DNA of 63,204 bases, counting the filler, from Octopus bimaculoides (taxonomy: Eukaryota), in the NCBI RefSeq assembly GCF_001194135.2. It is 5 parts of 4 records of this genome, joined end to end, with 100 filler letters (N's around TTAATTAATTAA, not from the genome) between each part and the next. Parts side by side here need not be neighbours in the genome. Positions count along the whole stretch, not along the records: positions 25,750 to 42,806 come from NC_068981.1; positions 42,907 to 53,748 come from NC_068985.1; 3 more parts are not named here. One strand, 5' to 3'. Shown here piece after piece: positions 37,389-50,279 of the stretch; within the stretch, counting starts at the first letter, position 1, and the number at the start of each line of letters is the position of its first letter. The translations under genes were made by a program, and so were the position numbers. The notes beneath the pieces were generated by a model. The model saw only the letters and a list, made by a program, of their open reading frames with translations. It was not told the origin of the DNA and ran no database searches.

Positions 37389-38340
37389 CTAAGTGCCCTT
37401 GAATCTTGCAATAATTACAAGTAGCATTTTTGAAATCAGGAGCAAGATGAGAAATTTTCCCACAGTGGTAACACTTCCGTTTCGACTTGTCTTCAGCTGG
37501 CTTGGAACTTGATGTCTTTTTACCTGTAGATTTAAAACATTTAACCTTTTGTACCTGCGTAGGAATAGAACCATAGACGGTTTCTTTAGCAACTTTAGCT
37601 GCATCCTCTGTCTCAATGGCAACTTCAATTGCTCGATTGAATGTAAGTTAATTAGTGTTGATTTTGAAAGGTGCTTTTAGCACAGTTTTGTTGTTGACTG
37701 AGCAAATGAAACATGTTCGCAACACTTCGTCCAGAGGATCCTTGATTGATGTAAAATCACAGGTAGCAGCAGCCTGGTTAATATGAGTAGCTAATTCTTG
37801 AATCGACTCACCAGGTTTGCACTTCATGTCACTCCAGAAGTGAAATCTCTCAAACACAACAAATCATTTCGGATCAAATTGTTGCTTCATGTAGTCGGAG
37901 ATTTGGTCAATCGTAAGACCATTGATATCTCTTGGCGGTGTTTCTTGTGCAGCCAGATTGGATAACATCTTGTACACGGTAGAAGATTGATTAGTAAGGA
38001 AAACTTTAGGTTTCTTACTGTCAGGAACTGAATGCGCTTTGGTCAAAGTGCAAAACCTGGACCAGTAGTCAGTCCATAGCTCCGTAGTAGAATCGAATGC
38101 AGAAAAACTGGGCGTGGCAACTTGAGAAGGAGATACAACTGACTCAACCCCAGCACTTATGGAAGATTTTCCAATCATCTCTTTTAAGACTCTCATTTGT
38201 TTTTCATGATGGCACTGTTGTTCTTGGCTTTGTTCTTCATGACGACATTGTTCTTTACTTTGTTCTTCGTAACGGCGTTATTGATCTTCCAAGCGTTTTT
38301 CTTGAATGAAAATTTGTTGTTGTAGAAGTTCAACAGGCTT
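37389..38340 (-). pseudogene. Gypsy gag remnant
   Basis: PSFSAFDSTTELWTDYWSRF..., ERFHFWSDMKCKPGESIQELATHINQAAATCDF...LDEVLRTCFICSV; frameshifted. Confidence 0.8.
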
Positions 38341-38391
38341 TTCCATTTCGTAATGTATGGTAAGCAATGCTGATTAAATCAAACAGCATAT

Positions 38392-38407
38392 CTCATCCTC
38401 ATCACCA
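38392..38407 (-). other. primer-binding site complementary to the tRNA-Ser(GCU) 3' end
   Basis: Minus strand TGGTGATGAGGATGAG, 9 nt inside the 5' LTR. It matches TGGCGACGAGGATGGG, the complement of the tRNA-Ser-GCU 3' end as recalled, apart from three transitions, two of them at CpG. Confidence 0.7.
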
Positions 38408-38416
38408 AAATAACTC

Positions 38417-38721
38417 TGTTATGTTTTAATACAGAATTATTAACTTGGATTACATTACTTGAATGCAAGCCAATAGTGGAGTGAATATGTGCGCAAATAC
38501 AACGCAATATATACTTAAAAATGCACGCTGATTAAAAAAAAAGCAGAACCTAAAGATCCATGGGCAAAAAGTATCACACCACTTACAAAACAAACCAGTA
38601 TGCAAATTAGAAGGCAGTTCACTTTGAAAGCACAAGAGGTGAATGCACGAAATAAAGCAGAGTCACTAAACTTAGTTCAATACTTAGTCAGAACATAGAA
38701 TTAAATTAGAGCAATATAACA
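38417..38721 (-). repeat. 5' LTR of the Gypsy element
   Basis: Direct repeat of 35443-35751. Confidence 0.95.
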
Positions 38722-38742
38722 TATACACACACACACACATTT

Positions 38743-39492
38743 ATCATCATCATCATCATTTAACCTCCGCTTTCCATGCTGACATGGGTTGGAAGGTTTG
38801 AATGAGGGCTGGCGAGCCAGAAGGCTGCACCAGCCTCCAATCTGATCTGGCAAAGTTTCTACAGCTGGATGCCCTTCTTAATGCCAACCACTCTGAGAGT
38901 GTAGTGAGTACTTTTACGTGCCACTGGCACAAGGGCCAGTCAGGCAGCACTGGCATAGGCCACAGTTATGGTCTGACGTGGCTTGCTGGGTCTTCTCATG
39001 CACAGCATATCTCCAAAGGTCTCGGTCACTTGTCATTGCCTCAGTGAGGCCCAGTGTTCAAAGGTCGTGCTTCACCACCTCATCCCAGGTTTTCCTAGAT
39101 CTTTCTCTTCCACAGGTTCCCTCAACTGCTAGGGTGTGACACTTTTTCACACAGCTGTCCTCATCCATTCACAATACATGACCATACCAGCGCAGTCGTC
39201 TCTCTTGCATACCACATCTGATGCTTCTTAAATTCAAATTTTCTCTCAGGGAACTTACACTCTGTCGTGTATGCACACTGACATTGCACACCCAGCGGAG
39301 CATATTGGCTTCATTTCTTGCAGGCTTATGCATGTCCTCAGCTGTCATGGCCCATGTTTCACTGTCGTGTAGCATGGCTGTTCGCATGCATGCCTCATAC
39401 AGTATACCTTTTACTCTGAGCAAGAGGCCCTTTGTCACTAGCAGTGGTAGGAGCTCTCTGAACTTTGCCCAGGCTATCCTTACTCTAGCAGC
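38743..39492 (-). mobile_element. RTE-clade LINE 3' end with (GAT)n tail
   Basis: GLLLRVKGILYEACMRTAMLHDSETWAM...ERRLRWYGHVL (RTE C-terminus); tail shared with 25750 and 61198. Confidence 0.9.
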
Positions 39493-40390
39493 TACATGTA
39501 TATATATAATTCAGAAACACTTTCTGATACTTAAATTTTTTTCAGATTGTATTTTAAATCCAACCTATACTTACTTAAAAATCACTCTTTCAAAACATAG
39601 CCTTATATGGCTAAATCAAAAGTGACATCTGGAATTTTAGTCAAAAAAATCTGACCACAGCCATACAACCATTCTCTCCCCATTACATTAATGAATACAA
39701 AAGAATTAAAAAATCAATTCTTACTGGAGAAAATCAAAAGCATCTGGTTTTCCAAATAAAAACTTTGACTACTTGAATTCAAAAGGTCACTAAAANNNNN
39801 NNNNNNNNNNNNNNNNNNNNNNNNNNNNNNNNNNNNNNNNNNNNNNNNNNNNNNNNNNNNNNNNNNNNNNNNNNNNNNNNNNNNNNNNNNNNNNNNNNNN
39901 NNNNNNNNNNNNNNNNNNNNNNNNNNNNNNNNNNNNNNNNNNNNNNNNNNNNNNNNNNNNNNNNNNNNNNNNNNNNNNNNNNNNNNNNNNNNNNNNNNNN
40001 NNNNNNNNNNNNNNNNNNNNNNNNNNNNNNNNNNNNNNNNNNNNNNNNNNNNNNNNNNNNNNNNNNNNNNNNNNNNNNNNNNNNNNNNNNNNNNNNNNNN
40101 NNNNNNNNNNNNNNNNNNNNNNNNNNNNNNNNNNNNNNNNNNNNNNNNNNNNNNNNNNNNNNNNNNNNNNNNNNNNNNNNNNNNNNNNNNNNNNNNNNNN
40201 NNNNNNNNNNNNNNNNNNNNNNNNNNNNNNNNNNNNNNNNNNNNNNNNNNNNNNNNNNNNNNNNNNNNNNNNNNNNNNNNNNNNNNNNNNNNNNNNNNNN
40301 NNNNNNNNNNNNNNNNNNNNNNNNNNNNNNNNNNNNNNNNNNNNNNNNNNNNNNNNNNNNNNNNNNNNNTACACACACACACACACACAT

Positions 40391-40427
<37 letters not shown>

Positions 40428-40844
40428 CAGATAGACAGACTGATTTAAATATATAAGTTTGCATATATATGTGTGTATAAGGTATGTAGTGATGGGGTTT
40501 AACCAGTTCCAGGATTGTTCTGTCTAAAAATTCAGTGGGTTTCCCCTGCCCCCACCCCTATCTAATGAATTCTTTTGCTGCAATTGTGATGCAGATTTTC
40601 CTATCGAAGTAGAATAAAAAATATTTCAGTTCAACTTATGTTTATTTCAAAATTCTTTAAATAAAAGTAATTTTATAAATTGTTGTAGTAGTATGCGATT
40701 TCCTGTTATTCATGTAATGCTTACTGTTGGCATTGTTTGAGTTTGACACTGAACTGTATTGATTTGCTTCTTAACTGCTTTTATAGATCAGCTACAAGAA
40801 AGCTAATCGGCTGAGGAAGGATCTTCAGTAAAATCTGTCTAGGC

Positions 40845-41007
40845 ATGGCTGTGTAGTAGAAGTTGACTTCCCAACCACATGGTTCTGAGTTCAGCCCCTC
40901 TGCATGGCACCTTGGGCAAATATCTATTACTATAGCCCTGACTAACCAAAGCCTTGTGAATGGATTTAGTAGACAAAAACTGAAAAAAGCTTGTTGTGCA
41001 TGTGTGT

Positions 41008-41047
<40 letters not shown>

Positions 41048-41232
41048 TTGGGTGTGTCCCCCACCACCACTTGACAACCAGTATAAGTCCCTATAACCTA
41101 GTGGTTCAGTAAAAAGGAAACCAGTAGAATTAGTATCAGACTTTAAAAAAAGGTACTGAGGTTGATTTGTTTAACTAAACCCTTCAAGGCAGTTTACTAG
41201 CATGGCCACAGTCTAATTACCAAAACAAATAA
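40845..41232 (+). mobile_element. SINE family B, diverged full copy
   Basis: ggctgtgtagtagaagttgacttcccaaccacatggttctgagttcagcc...ggcaccttgggcaa...gcatggccacagtc. Confidence 0.8.
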
Positions 41233-41489
41233 AAGATAAGTAATTATTCTGAACTTTAAATACCCGTTTGATGTTATGCCAAGAAATAAAAGTGTTATGT
41301 CGCTGCTCTCAGATAAAATATGCAATTTTCAACAAGCAGCTGTAAAAATATGTTATTGTTGCGAAAAAGTTTTTACTTTACAAATTTAAAATATTTTACA
41401 TCTTTCACAATAGTTTTGATTAAGTGATACTTAATTCTTCCATATTAAATTAGTGGTGATTAAAAAAGATAAGCATAATAAAGCAAAAT

Positions 41490-41645
41490 AGTTTCTTTCA
41501 GTTTCTGTCTACCAAATCCACTCACAGGGCTTTGATCGCTCTGAGGCTATAGTAGAAAACACTTACCCATGGTGCCATGAAGTGAGACTGAACCTGGAAC
41601 CATGTGGTTGGGAAGCAAGCTTCTTGCCACACAGCTATGCCTGAA
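41490..41645 (-). mobile_element. SINE family B, 5' part
   Basis: tctgtctaccaaatccactcacagggc...ggaaccatgtggttgggaagcaagcttcttgccacacagc. Confidence 0.8.
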
Positions 41646-42287
41646 TCTAGAACAAAAATATGGAGGTAAATGGAAAACCATTATTGTGATAATAGCTCAC
41701 TAAAAATAATTGTACATGTAGTAGTACTGTTCTCTCTACCCAAACTTTCATTAATCACCCCCACCCTGTTGTAACTCTTCTCCCCTCACACACGACATGT
41801 TTCTCCCCCTCCTCATGCACTATGCCTGCTTCCCTCTTCACCCCATCCTCTACTCTTGCAACCTATTTAACACAACCCCTATCTCACCCTTCTCTTGTTT
41901 AATGTGTAATCATTGCTATTCTGCTACTCAGAGATACCAGTCATCTCCTACTCCCTCCCACTCATCAGTGACAGTAATGATCATCACTCTTCATCTCCAC
42001 TCAATCACTCATACCTTCTCTTCTTAAAGATGAATAGTCATGTAGCTACTCTACAGCAACAAAACCTGTTTTGCTGTGGGTTCTTTTTCTCATGTTTTTT
42101 CCATATTTTGCTCCTCATCTCCTAGCATAAAGTTACCCCCTTGGAGTTCATATCCAGTGGTGTGACTGGAAAAAGGCACCCAGTACATGCTGTAAAGTAG
42201 TAGGCATTAGAAAGGGCATCCAGCTGTAGAAAACCTGCCAAAGCAAACACTGGAGCATGATGCTGTCCTTAGGTCCATCTACTCCAT

Positions 42288-42740
42288 GTTTTGAATGTTG
42301 GGACAAGACGCGACTTCGTTAAAACAGTCATTCCCACAAATTGAATGGAATTTGGGATTTGCAGAGGGTTAAAGTAGTAACAAAAACAGGACAGTAAGAA
42401 ACAGTAAGAATAAAACAGTAAAAACAAACGGTAAGGGCTGTTAAGCCATAACAAGGTGACGTGGTGAATGCTAGAGAAACGAGTTTTAACAGGAGACAGG
42501 TAAAAGTGTCTTGTCTCTTGTAAAGCAAGAGAAAGAAAGAAAGTTAGCCATTGGTCATGTGTGAGCAACAAGAGAGTCAAGGAGGAAGAATGAAAGAGAG
42601 AGAGGGAGAAAAAGAAAACGGTGAAGGGGGAGGAGAAGAAAACCAGAAAGAAAGAAGAATAATAGAGGGAGAATAGAGATAGTTGTAGAGTGTGCATCAG
42701 AATTATTAAGATGAAACTTACTTGGAAATGGATGCATGGT
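42288..42740. mobile_element. dispersed repeat homologous to 29160-29745
   Basis: Shared blocks with 29290-29740. Confidence 0.6.
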
Positions 42741-42761
42741 GTTTGATCATATAATAATATA

Positions 42762-42806
<45 letters not shown>

Positions 42807-42936
42807 NNNNNNNNNNNNNNNNNNNNNNNNNNNNNNNNNNNNNNNNNNNNTTAATTAATTAANNNNNNNNNNNNNNNNNNNNNNNNNNNNNNNNNNNNNN
42901 NNNNNNTATATATATATATATATATATTTATATATG

Positions 42937-43320
42937 GTATGGCTGTGTGGTTACGAAGCTTACTTTGCAACGATATGGTTTGGAGTTCAGTCCCACTTTG
43001 CAGCACGCGGGCAAGTGTCTTATTCTATAGCTCCAGGCCGATCAAAGCCTTGTGGATGAATTTCGTAGACGGAAACTGTGCGGAAGCTCATCGTACATGT
43101 GTGTGTGTGTGCATGTGTCTTTGTGTTTTTGTTTGTTACCCTAAAGAGTTTGATAACTGGTGTTGGTTTATTTTACATCCTTGTGGCATAGCGGTTTGGC
43201 AAAAGGACTGATAGAATATGTACAAAACTTAAAGGAAAAGCATAAGTTCTGAGGTCTATTTCTTCAAGTCCGTGCCCCAGCATGACCGCACTCCTATGAC
43301 TAAACCAACTAAAGATAAAT
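42937..43320 (+). mobile_element. SINE family B, diverged copy
   Basis: ggctgtgtggttacgaagc...ggagttcagtcccactttgcagcacgcgggcaagtgtctt. Confidence 0.8.
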
Positions 43321-43410
43321 TATAAGAAAACATATTAAACCTCATTTCGTAACTAGAACTCCACTGCTCTCGTTCCCTCAGTATTTGTCTGCCTGTCTGT
43401 CTGTCTGACC

Positions 43411-43499
<89 letters not shown>

Positions 43500-43539
43500 G
43501 CTAGCTCGCTCGCTCGCTCTCTCTATTTCTCACACTTAC

Positions 43540-43611
43540 CTTCCAAGACACATCCGAGAACAGCACGACTGGTAATTGCCTTTTCAGCGGGAGTGCCTTC
43601 TCGTTATCGGT
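43540..43611 (-). CDS. candidate 72-nt internal exon (TDNEKALPLKRQLPVVLFSDVSWK); protein unrecognised
   Basis: Acceptor cctcttgctctttctgtAG and consensus donor AAG|GTAAGT. Length is divisible by 3, only the phase-0 frame is open, and the sequence looks unique between microsatellites. Confidence 0.35.
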
Positions 43612-44027
43612 CTACAGAAAGAGCAAGAGGCTACAGCTGCCGTACGAAAACTGCAAGTAATAACAGGTTCAGCGGTTCCTCATTTGCATAAACGTACATT
43701 GACTGGTAAACCTTATTCACTAGTAATGTGTTGTACAGAGACAGTGGTGTATAAATAAATTGTGTATTAATTTCATATACGTATGCTTTGTAAATATCTG
43801 TTCATCGTTATAAACACATGGGCGTAGGGTTAAGGATTTCGCTTTGTAAATATGATACTCTTGTTTCGATTTCACTCTTTAACCTCATGGGCATGTCTTC
43901 TTGGGTGTACTGGTATAAATACATACGCACACACACACACACACACACACATACAGCTATCTGTGTTGTCCAGTCTGTACATATATTTATGTTTATTTTA
44001 TTTTACTTTATTGTATATATCATAACT

Positions 44028-44102
<75 letters not shown>

Positions 44103-44103
44103 T
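44028..44103. repeat. (AAT)n microsatellite
   Basis: Directly visible. Confidence 0.95.
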
Positions 44104-44124
44104 TAAGTATTTACATTGGAAAAT

Positions 44125-44580
44125 ATATAAGCACTACAAAATCGGCACTCCTGCTTACTGGTATGAGCATCATTCTGAGCTAGTCGTTGAATAATGCCAC
44201 TAACCTCTGGGATTTTCCAGTCAACATTGACTGAATGATTTAGGCTAATCGACCAGACATAATTATTATAAACAAGGAAGAAAACAGCTGTAGACTAATA
44301 GACGTAAATGCTCTCACTGGTAAAAATATATATGTGAAGGAATTTGACAAACTTAGTAATTATAAGGACTTGTAAATTCAAATACTGCAGATATGGCATC
44401 TTTAAATAAAAACTGTTCCTGTTATTGTAAGTGCCCTAGGTATGATAAAAAAAGAGATGTCAGAAACATCTAGGCAGCATTTCAGGAGAACCATGTCTCT
44501 GAGAAATCCAAAAGATTGTGCTGACGAGTACTGCCTACATATTTAGAAAAACCTTATCAATTTAAGAGTATGTGTTGTGT
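44125..44580 (+). mobile_element. R4/Dong-like RLE LINE 3' fragment
   Basis: ANRPDIIIINKEENSCRLID...KLSNYKDL..I..IW...KTVPVIVSALGMIK (RLE domain). Confidence 0.8.
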
Positions 44581-44991
44581 TACATGAAGATATTTCGCTA
44601 CTGTCCCCAACACTTACCCTCCCCAACACTTACCCTCCCCAAACTTTCAGTTATACTCTAGCATCTCTAATCCTTCACTTGCCTTAGGGCGCTGGATGTG
44701 TCTTGGCAAGTGATTGCAAAAAACATGCAGGTTAAAAGTAAAGATCAACAACAACAACAACAATTTTTGGGAATTGAATCTCAAACTAAATTTAAAGCTA
44801 ACCAAAATGGTTTCTCAAATAGTGCTAATATTTATACTTCGAGATTCAACTCCTCAAACTCTCCAAAGTTTAGAAATTCTTACGATGTGAACAATATATG
44901 CATGTGCATATATACAAACATACATATGTACATACATGTGTGTGTGTGTGTATTGAGAAAAAGGAGGTGGTCAGAATTTTAGATAATTCTT

Positions 44992-45096
44992 TATTAGCGC
45001 TTTCGTTCGTTTATCCAACACGTCATGACAAGATAAAAATCATTTTGGTTTTAATTTTGTCTTGACGGGTTCGATAAATGAACGAAAGCGCTAATA
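44992..45096. repeat. short foldback with decayed hammerhead-like motifs, truncated by a gap
   Basis: Arms 44992-45039 and 45054-45096. Right arm TTGACGG-gttc gataaat gaac-GAAA-gcgc-TA with palindromic stem III AGCGCT. Confidence 0.6.
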
Positions 45097-47370
45097 NNNN
45101 NNNNNNNNNNNNNNNNNNNNNNNNNNNNNNNNNNNNNNNNNNNNNNNNNNNNNNNNNNNNNNNNNNNNNNNNNNNNNNNNNNNNNNNNNNNNNNNNCGGT
45201 GTGACAGTTTTCCCGTTCTGTGACGGTAGACTCCTCATCGACGATGCCAATGCTGTGACACACGCTTACAGGAAATTGTGGGTTCCACTTCTTAATGTAA
45301 TACTGTAATATTTTTAGATATCAACGTTCACAGTTGAGAGATGGTAAAATCGCAGATCCAATGATTATTTGGAATTTCCGGAGAACCAGAAACCTGCTCT
45401 GTTTCTCCTGTCCTCATATAAATTGGTGACAGAGAGAGAGATGTGGGAGGGAGAGAGAGAGAGGAAGTGGTTTGTTCTGCAGGACGAACCTGAAAAAACG
45501 TCGTGTAATTTCGATTGGTTATTGTCGTCTGCTTCAATTTTTACTCAAGTTATGCTACATATTAAACTGGAGGACAGATTTTCTGGGAGTGTCTACTCAT
45601 ATACATCCTACTGAGAGGGAATAAGCAGCTTATAGCTTGTGGAAACTGCAATGAGTAACAGAGCTTATTTCATTTATTTGCCAGTCAATGTACTGATATG
45701 CAAATGAGCAACATCAATATTCGTTACATTTTCTGTAAGGTGTGAACTACTTTCTCTCTCNNNNNNNNNNNNNNNNNNNNNNNNNNNNNNNNNNNNNNNN
45801 NNNNNNNNNNNNNNNNNNNNNNNNNNNNNNNNNNNNNNNNNNNNNNNNNNNNNNNNNNNNNNNNNNNNNNNNNNNNNNNNNNNNNNNNNNNNNNNNNNNN
45901 NNNNNNNNNNNNNNNNNNNNNNNNNNNNNNNNNNNNNNNNNNNNNNNNNNNNNNNNNNNNNNNNNNNNNNNNNNNNNNNNNNNNNNNNNNNNNNNNNNNN
46001 NNNNNNNNNNNNNNNNNNNNNNNNNNNNNNNNNNNNNNNNNNNNNNNNNNNNNNNNNNNNNNNNNNNNNNNNNNNNNNNNNNNNNNNNNNNNNNNNNNNN
46101 NNNNNNNNNNNNNNNNNCATAAAGACGAACAAAATGACGCTAAGCATTTTGTTTGGCGTGATCGCCGCCATGATTATCTTTAATATTTGGACATAATTGC
46201 AAAACTCGATTTTGAGTAAAATGCATTTATTATATCTTATTTTATTTCTTACTTTAATTTTGCTAAACTAAAATATAACATTTGTACGAGATAGGGATGT
46301 CTAAAGCATTTAAACGAATGCTGTGAAAACGTTATCTTTCACTTTGATTCAGTGTTTAACTTTGTCCGTCATCTTATATATACAAAGTTCGAAAGATCGC
46401 CTCACAGTTTAACATTACTCCATTATCTTAGTAGTGTATTTTAGAACTACATTATACAATATAATCGTACCCTTTCTCTCTTTCAAAAAAAAAAACAAAA
46501 AAAGAATAAGAATGATAGGATGTCATTTCAGGAAGAATTGGCTGCTTTTTCAAGTAGATCCAACAACTGCGTCTTTGTCAAGATATGCTGTCTGGAAATA
46601 AGTAGGTTGATTATGGACAAAGCATTTTTAACCATGTTAGTCAGCACGCTCGAGGTTGACCAGAGACAAACTACACGTAGTCTTTGTATGTATGTTGAAA
46701 ATAGGTGCGGGCACTATGATACTTGATAAGTGTTGTGGCAACTTGTTGTACTGGATTCACTAACTCACATGGATATCAACAGAATTATTATCTAAGCTGA
46801 CACTAGTGTGTGAAATTCTTAATCGAAACCATTTCACTTCACATACTCATTTATTGCTATTGGTAAAAGCATAAACGGTACTTTCCATTAAGTTTGGGCT
46901 TTATGCTTGCTAATACTCAATATAATAAGGCAGAAATAACACGCGCTCACATTTTCATCTTCTGTGTTGCGGCGCATTGTTGTGCTGCATATGATGGTTC
47001 CTAAGTGTGCCGTGAGGTTTTGGAAGCGAGTCAGAAAATTCCTGGGTATTGAAGAAAACTTTGAGATACACAACGCTGCATCTTCGCAGTAAATGCAATT
47101 CGTTTGTCCGTCCATCATCAATTTTAATATACGCATTTTTATAAATAGTAAAAGTTTGAAAAACTTGTAACACTTTTAGCACCTTATTCAGTGCGAATGG
47201 ATCGAAAAGGGTTGATAATCACTGGGGTTAGAATACTGGAATAAATGCCAAAGCACAGTAAATTTCATTTTTCAGCCAACATCATGAGTTCAAATCACAC
47301 TGAGATTGGTTCTAACTTTCATTGAAAAACTGACAATATGACCCTTAGCGGTCCATATAAGATTATATTA

Positions 47371-47783
47371 CTCTTACTCTTTTACTTGTTTCAGTCATTT
47401 TTGACTGTGGCCATGCTGCAGCACCGCCTTTAGTCGAGAAAATCGACCCCAGGACTTATTCTTTGTAAGCCTAGTACTTATTCTATCGGTCTCTTTTTGC
47501 CGAAGCGCTAAGTTACGGGAACGTAAACACACCAGCATCGGTTGTCAAGCGATGTGGGGGGGGGGACAAACACAGACACACAAACATATACACACACATA
47601 CATATATACATATATACACATACACGACGGGCTTCTTTGAGTTTCCGTCTACCAAATCCACTCACAAGGCTTTGGTCGGCCCGAGGCTATAGTAAAAGAC
47701 ACTTGCCCAAGGTGCCACGCAGTGGGACTGAACCCGGAACCATGTGGTTCGTAAGCAAGCTACTTACCCACACAGCCACTCCT
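47371..47783 (-). mobile_element. SINE family B, full-length copy
   Basis: tRNA-like head (minus strand gtggctgtgtgggtaagtagcttgcttacgaaccacatggttccgggttcagtcccactg), internal (TG/TA) tract, aagagtaaaagagtaagag tail. Confidence 0.9.
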
Positions 47784-48360
47784 AAGGAATTTTTACTGCA
47801 TTTTTGACTTTGAGGAAAAAACTATTTTAAAAAATTTTCACTACCTCACAAAAACTATATCAGCTGAGCAAATGACCTCTAAATGCATTAAAAACACTAA
47901 AAGATATTCAGAACACTATTTCGGAAAATTATCACCGTTCTCTTTGAGCATATAAAAGACAAATTTAGTTGAGACAAAATGAGTAAGACAAGATGAGGAC
48001 AGTTTGCTTAGAGCAGAAAAGCAACAAAAAATGAGAAATACTTATGTCGAACGTAAAAAGATCATGAAATTAACGAAATGACTAAATCTAAAACATCAAC
48101 AAGGACTATTCTCAATAGCTTCTTCAGGATCTGCTGGAGTGGCACTCCTCCCTATATATCTACACACAATGCAGTTAAAAGAGAAATTAGTGAAACTAGG
48201 CATTACTAATTTTGCGCGCGCGCGCACACACGCGCACACACCTTTAGGCATCATCTTTTGAAAACTGAAAATTATCTAATTAGACATTAGTGTGCGAAAA
48301 AATTGGCTTAAATCCAACAGGTAAAAGAATATTGATTATTAAATACCAAACATTATCCGC

Positions 48361-48730
48361 GGAGGCGCAATGTCCCAGTGGTTAAGGCAGCGGACTCGTG
48401 ATCATAGGATCGCGGTTTCGATTCCCAGACCGAGCGTTGTGAGTGTTTATTGAGCGAAAACGAGGCTCCGGCAGGGGATGGTGGTGAACCCTGCTGTACT
48501 CTTTCACCACAACTTTCTCTCTTCTTGTTTCTGTTGTACTTGTATTTCGAAAGGCCAGCCTTGTCACACTCTGTGTCACGCTGAATATCCCCGAGGACTA
48601 CGTTAAGGGTACACGTATCCGTGGAGTGCTCAGCCACTTGCACGTTAATTTCACGAGCAAGCTGTTCCGTTGATCGGATCAACTGGAACCCCCGACGTCG
48701 TAAGCGACGGAGTGCCAACAACAACAACAA
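48361..48730 (+). mobile_element. SINE family C, full-length copy
   Basis: tRNA-like head ggaggcgcaatgtcccagtggttaaggcagcggactcg...ggtttcgattccc; (CAA)n tail. Confidence 0.9.
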
Positions 48731-49654
48731 ATGTTTGAGATGTAGTTATTGATGACTGTGAAGTTAAGCATTTATAATTTCTTTAAGGGTTCTAATTACG
48801 CGTAGCCCATGACTGGTAAATGAGGTACAAGACTGTTATAGAACATTGATGGAGTTCTGGTATTGTGTATTATAGGTTACTGAGTCCTTTCTTCAGTATC
48901 AGTTTCGACAAATCACATATTTATGGCAAGAAGGAGAGGCGGGAAAATATTTCAAACTCTTTTGCGCTTCTGATTTTTTTTTTTTTAATTTTTTTTTTTT
49001 TTACAAGTTAGTCAGAGGACATAATCTGTGTATCTTCGTAGTGCCACCCTGAATGATGTTACTGATGCAATGGAAACATTTATAGGTCAATGCCTGCAAG
49101 AAAATATGCGCAAGGCGGAAATCGGTGACGCGATTCGACACTGAATTCCACATCTACAAAAAGTACCCAAGTAGTAGGCATTAGTACAAATAACAGGATA
49201 TATCTTCTATACATGATACAAAGATACCAAAAAACGAATTCATGGTCAGAAAGAAAAAGAGGAAAAAAGAGAGCGAGAGAGTCAAAGAGAGAGGCAAAGT
49301 AAATAGAGAGAAAATGGAAATAAGAGTCATAGGGACTATTACATTCGAAAATAATTATTTCTGCTTCCTTTCTGGAAAGCCATGCTACATAATAACTTTT
49401 CCACATCAGTAAGATTGTCAGAGAACGACTTAAATTTTGCTTATTAAGAACATAATGACCCAATGACTATCCAATTAAGTTTCCTCATCACTGCTTTCTC
49501 AAGTCCCCGGTTAAGTTTTAAGTCGTATCTGTTGACTATCTTGTTATGACAAGATCTTTATCGAAATTTTTTACATTTTTGAATAGATTTATGGCCGTCC
49601 GTGGTAACATTCCATCACCGCTATATAAATCAAAGGAAGGGGGCTATATCTTTT

Positions 49655-50171
49655 TCCTACTCTATGCACAAGGCCCGAGATTTTTGTGGAGAAGGGGGCC
49701 AATCGATTAGATCGGCCCCAGTACGCAATTGGTACTTAATTTATCGACCCAGAAAGGATGAAAGGCAAAGTCGACCTCGGCGGAATTTGAACTCAGAATG
49801 TAAAGACAAACGAAATATCACTAAGCATTTCACCCGGCGTGCTAACGATTCTGCCAGCTCGCCGCCTTAGAAGGGGACTATATTGCATAAAAACACGGTG
49901 TAACATTTATAACGAAATCATTGAAGGCATAGATTGGTGGTTATTATTATTATTATTATTATTAGTAGTAGTAGTAGTAGTAGTAGTCAGGCGACGAGCT
50001 GGCAGTAATGTTAGCACACCGGGCGAAATACTTAGTGGCATTTCGTCCATCCTTACGCTTTCAGTTCAAATTCCGCCGAGATCGACTTTGGTACCAGTTA
50101 TGCACTGGGGTCGATGTAATCAACTAGCCCCATCCCCCAAAATTTCAGGCTTTGTGCCTTTAGTAGAAAGG

Positions 50172-50175
<4 letters not shown>
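49655..50175. mobile_element. divergent pair of SINE family A copies (minus 49655-49870, plus 49988-50175)
   Basis: Family A cores on opposite strands, separated by unique sequence and (TAT)(TAG) repeats. Confidence 0.85.
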
Positions 50176-50231
<56 letters not shown>

Positions 50232-50279
50232 GAAACAAAGCTGGTAGGATTTATGTGGGTAGCGGGTTACTATCTGTAA

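Larger units (their letters stand above)
35443..38721 (-). mobile_element. Ty3/Gypsy LTR retrotransposon, internally deleted and degenerate
   Basis: Two approximately 305-bp LTRs (TGTTA...TAACA), PBS, PPT, gag, protease and RT fragments. Flanks TATAT and TATAC are a probable TSD in a TA tract. Confidence 0.95.
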
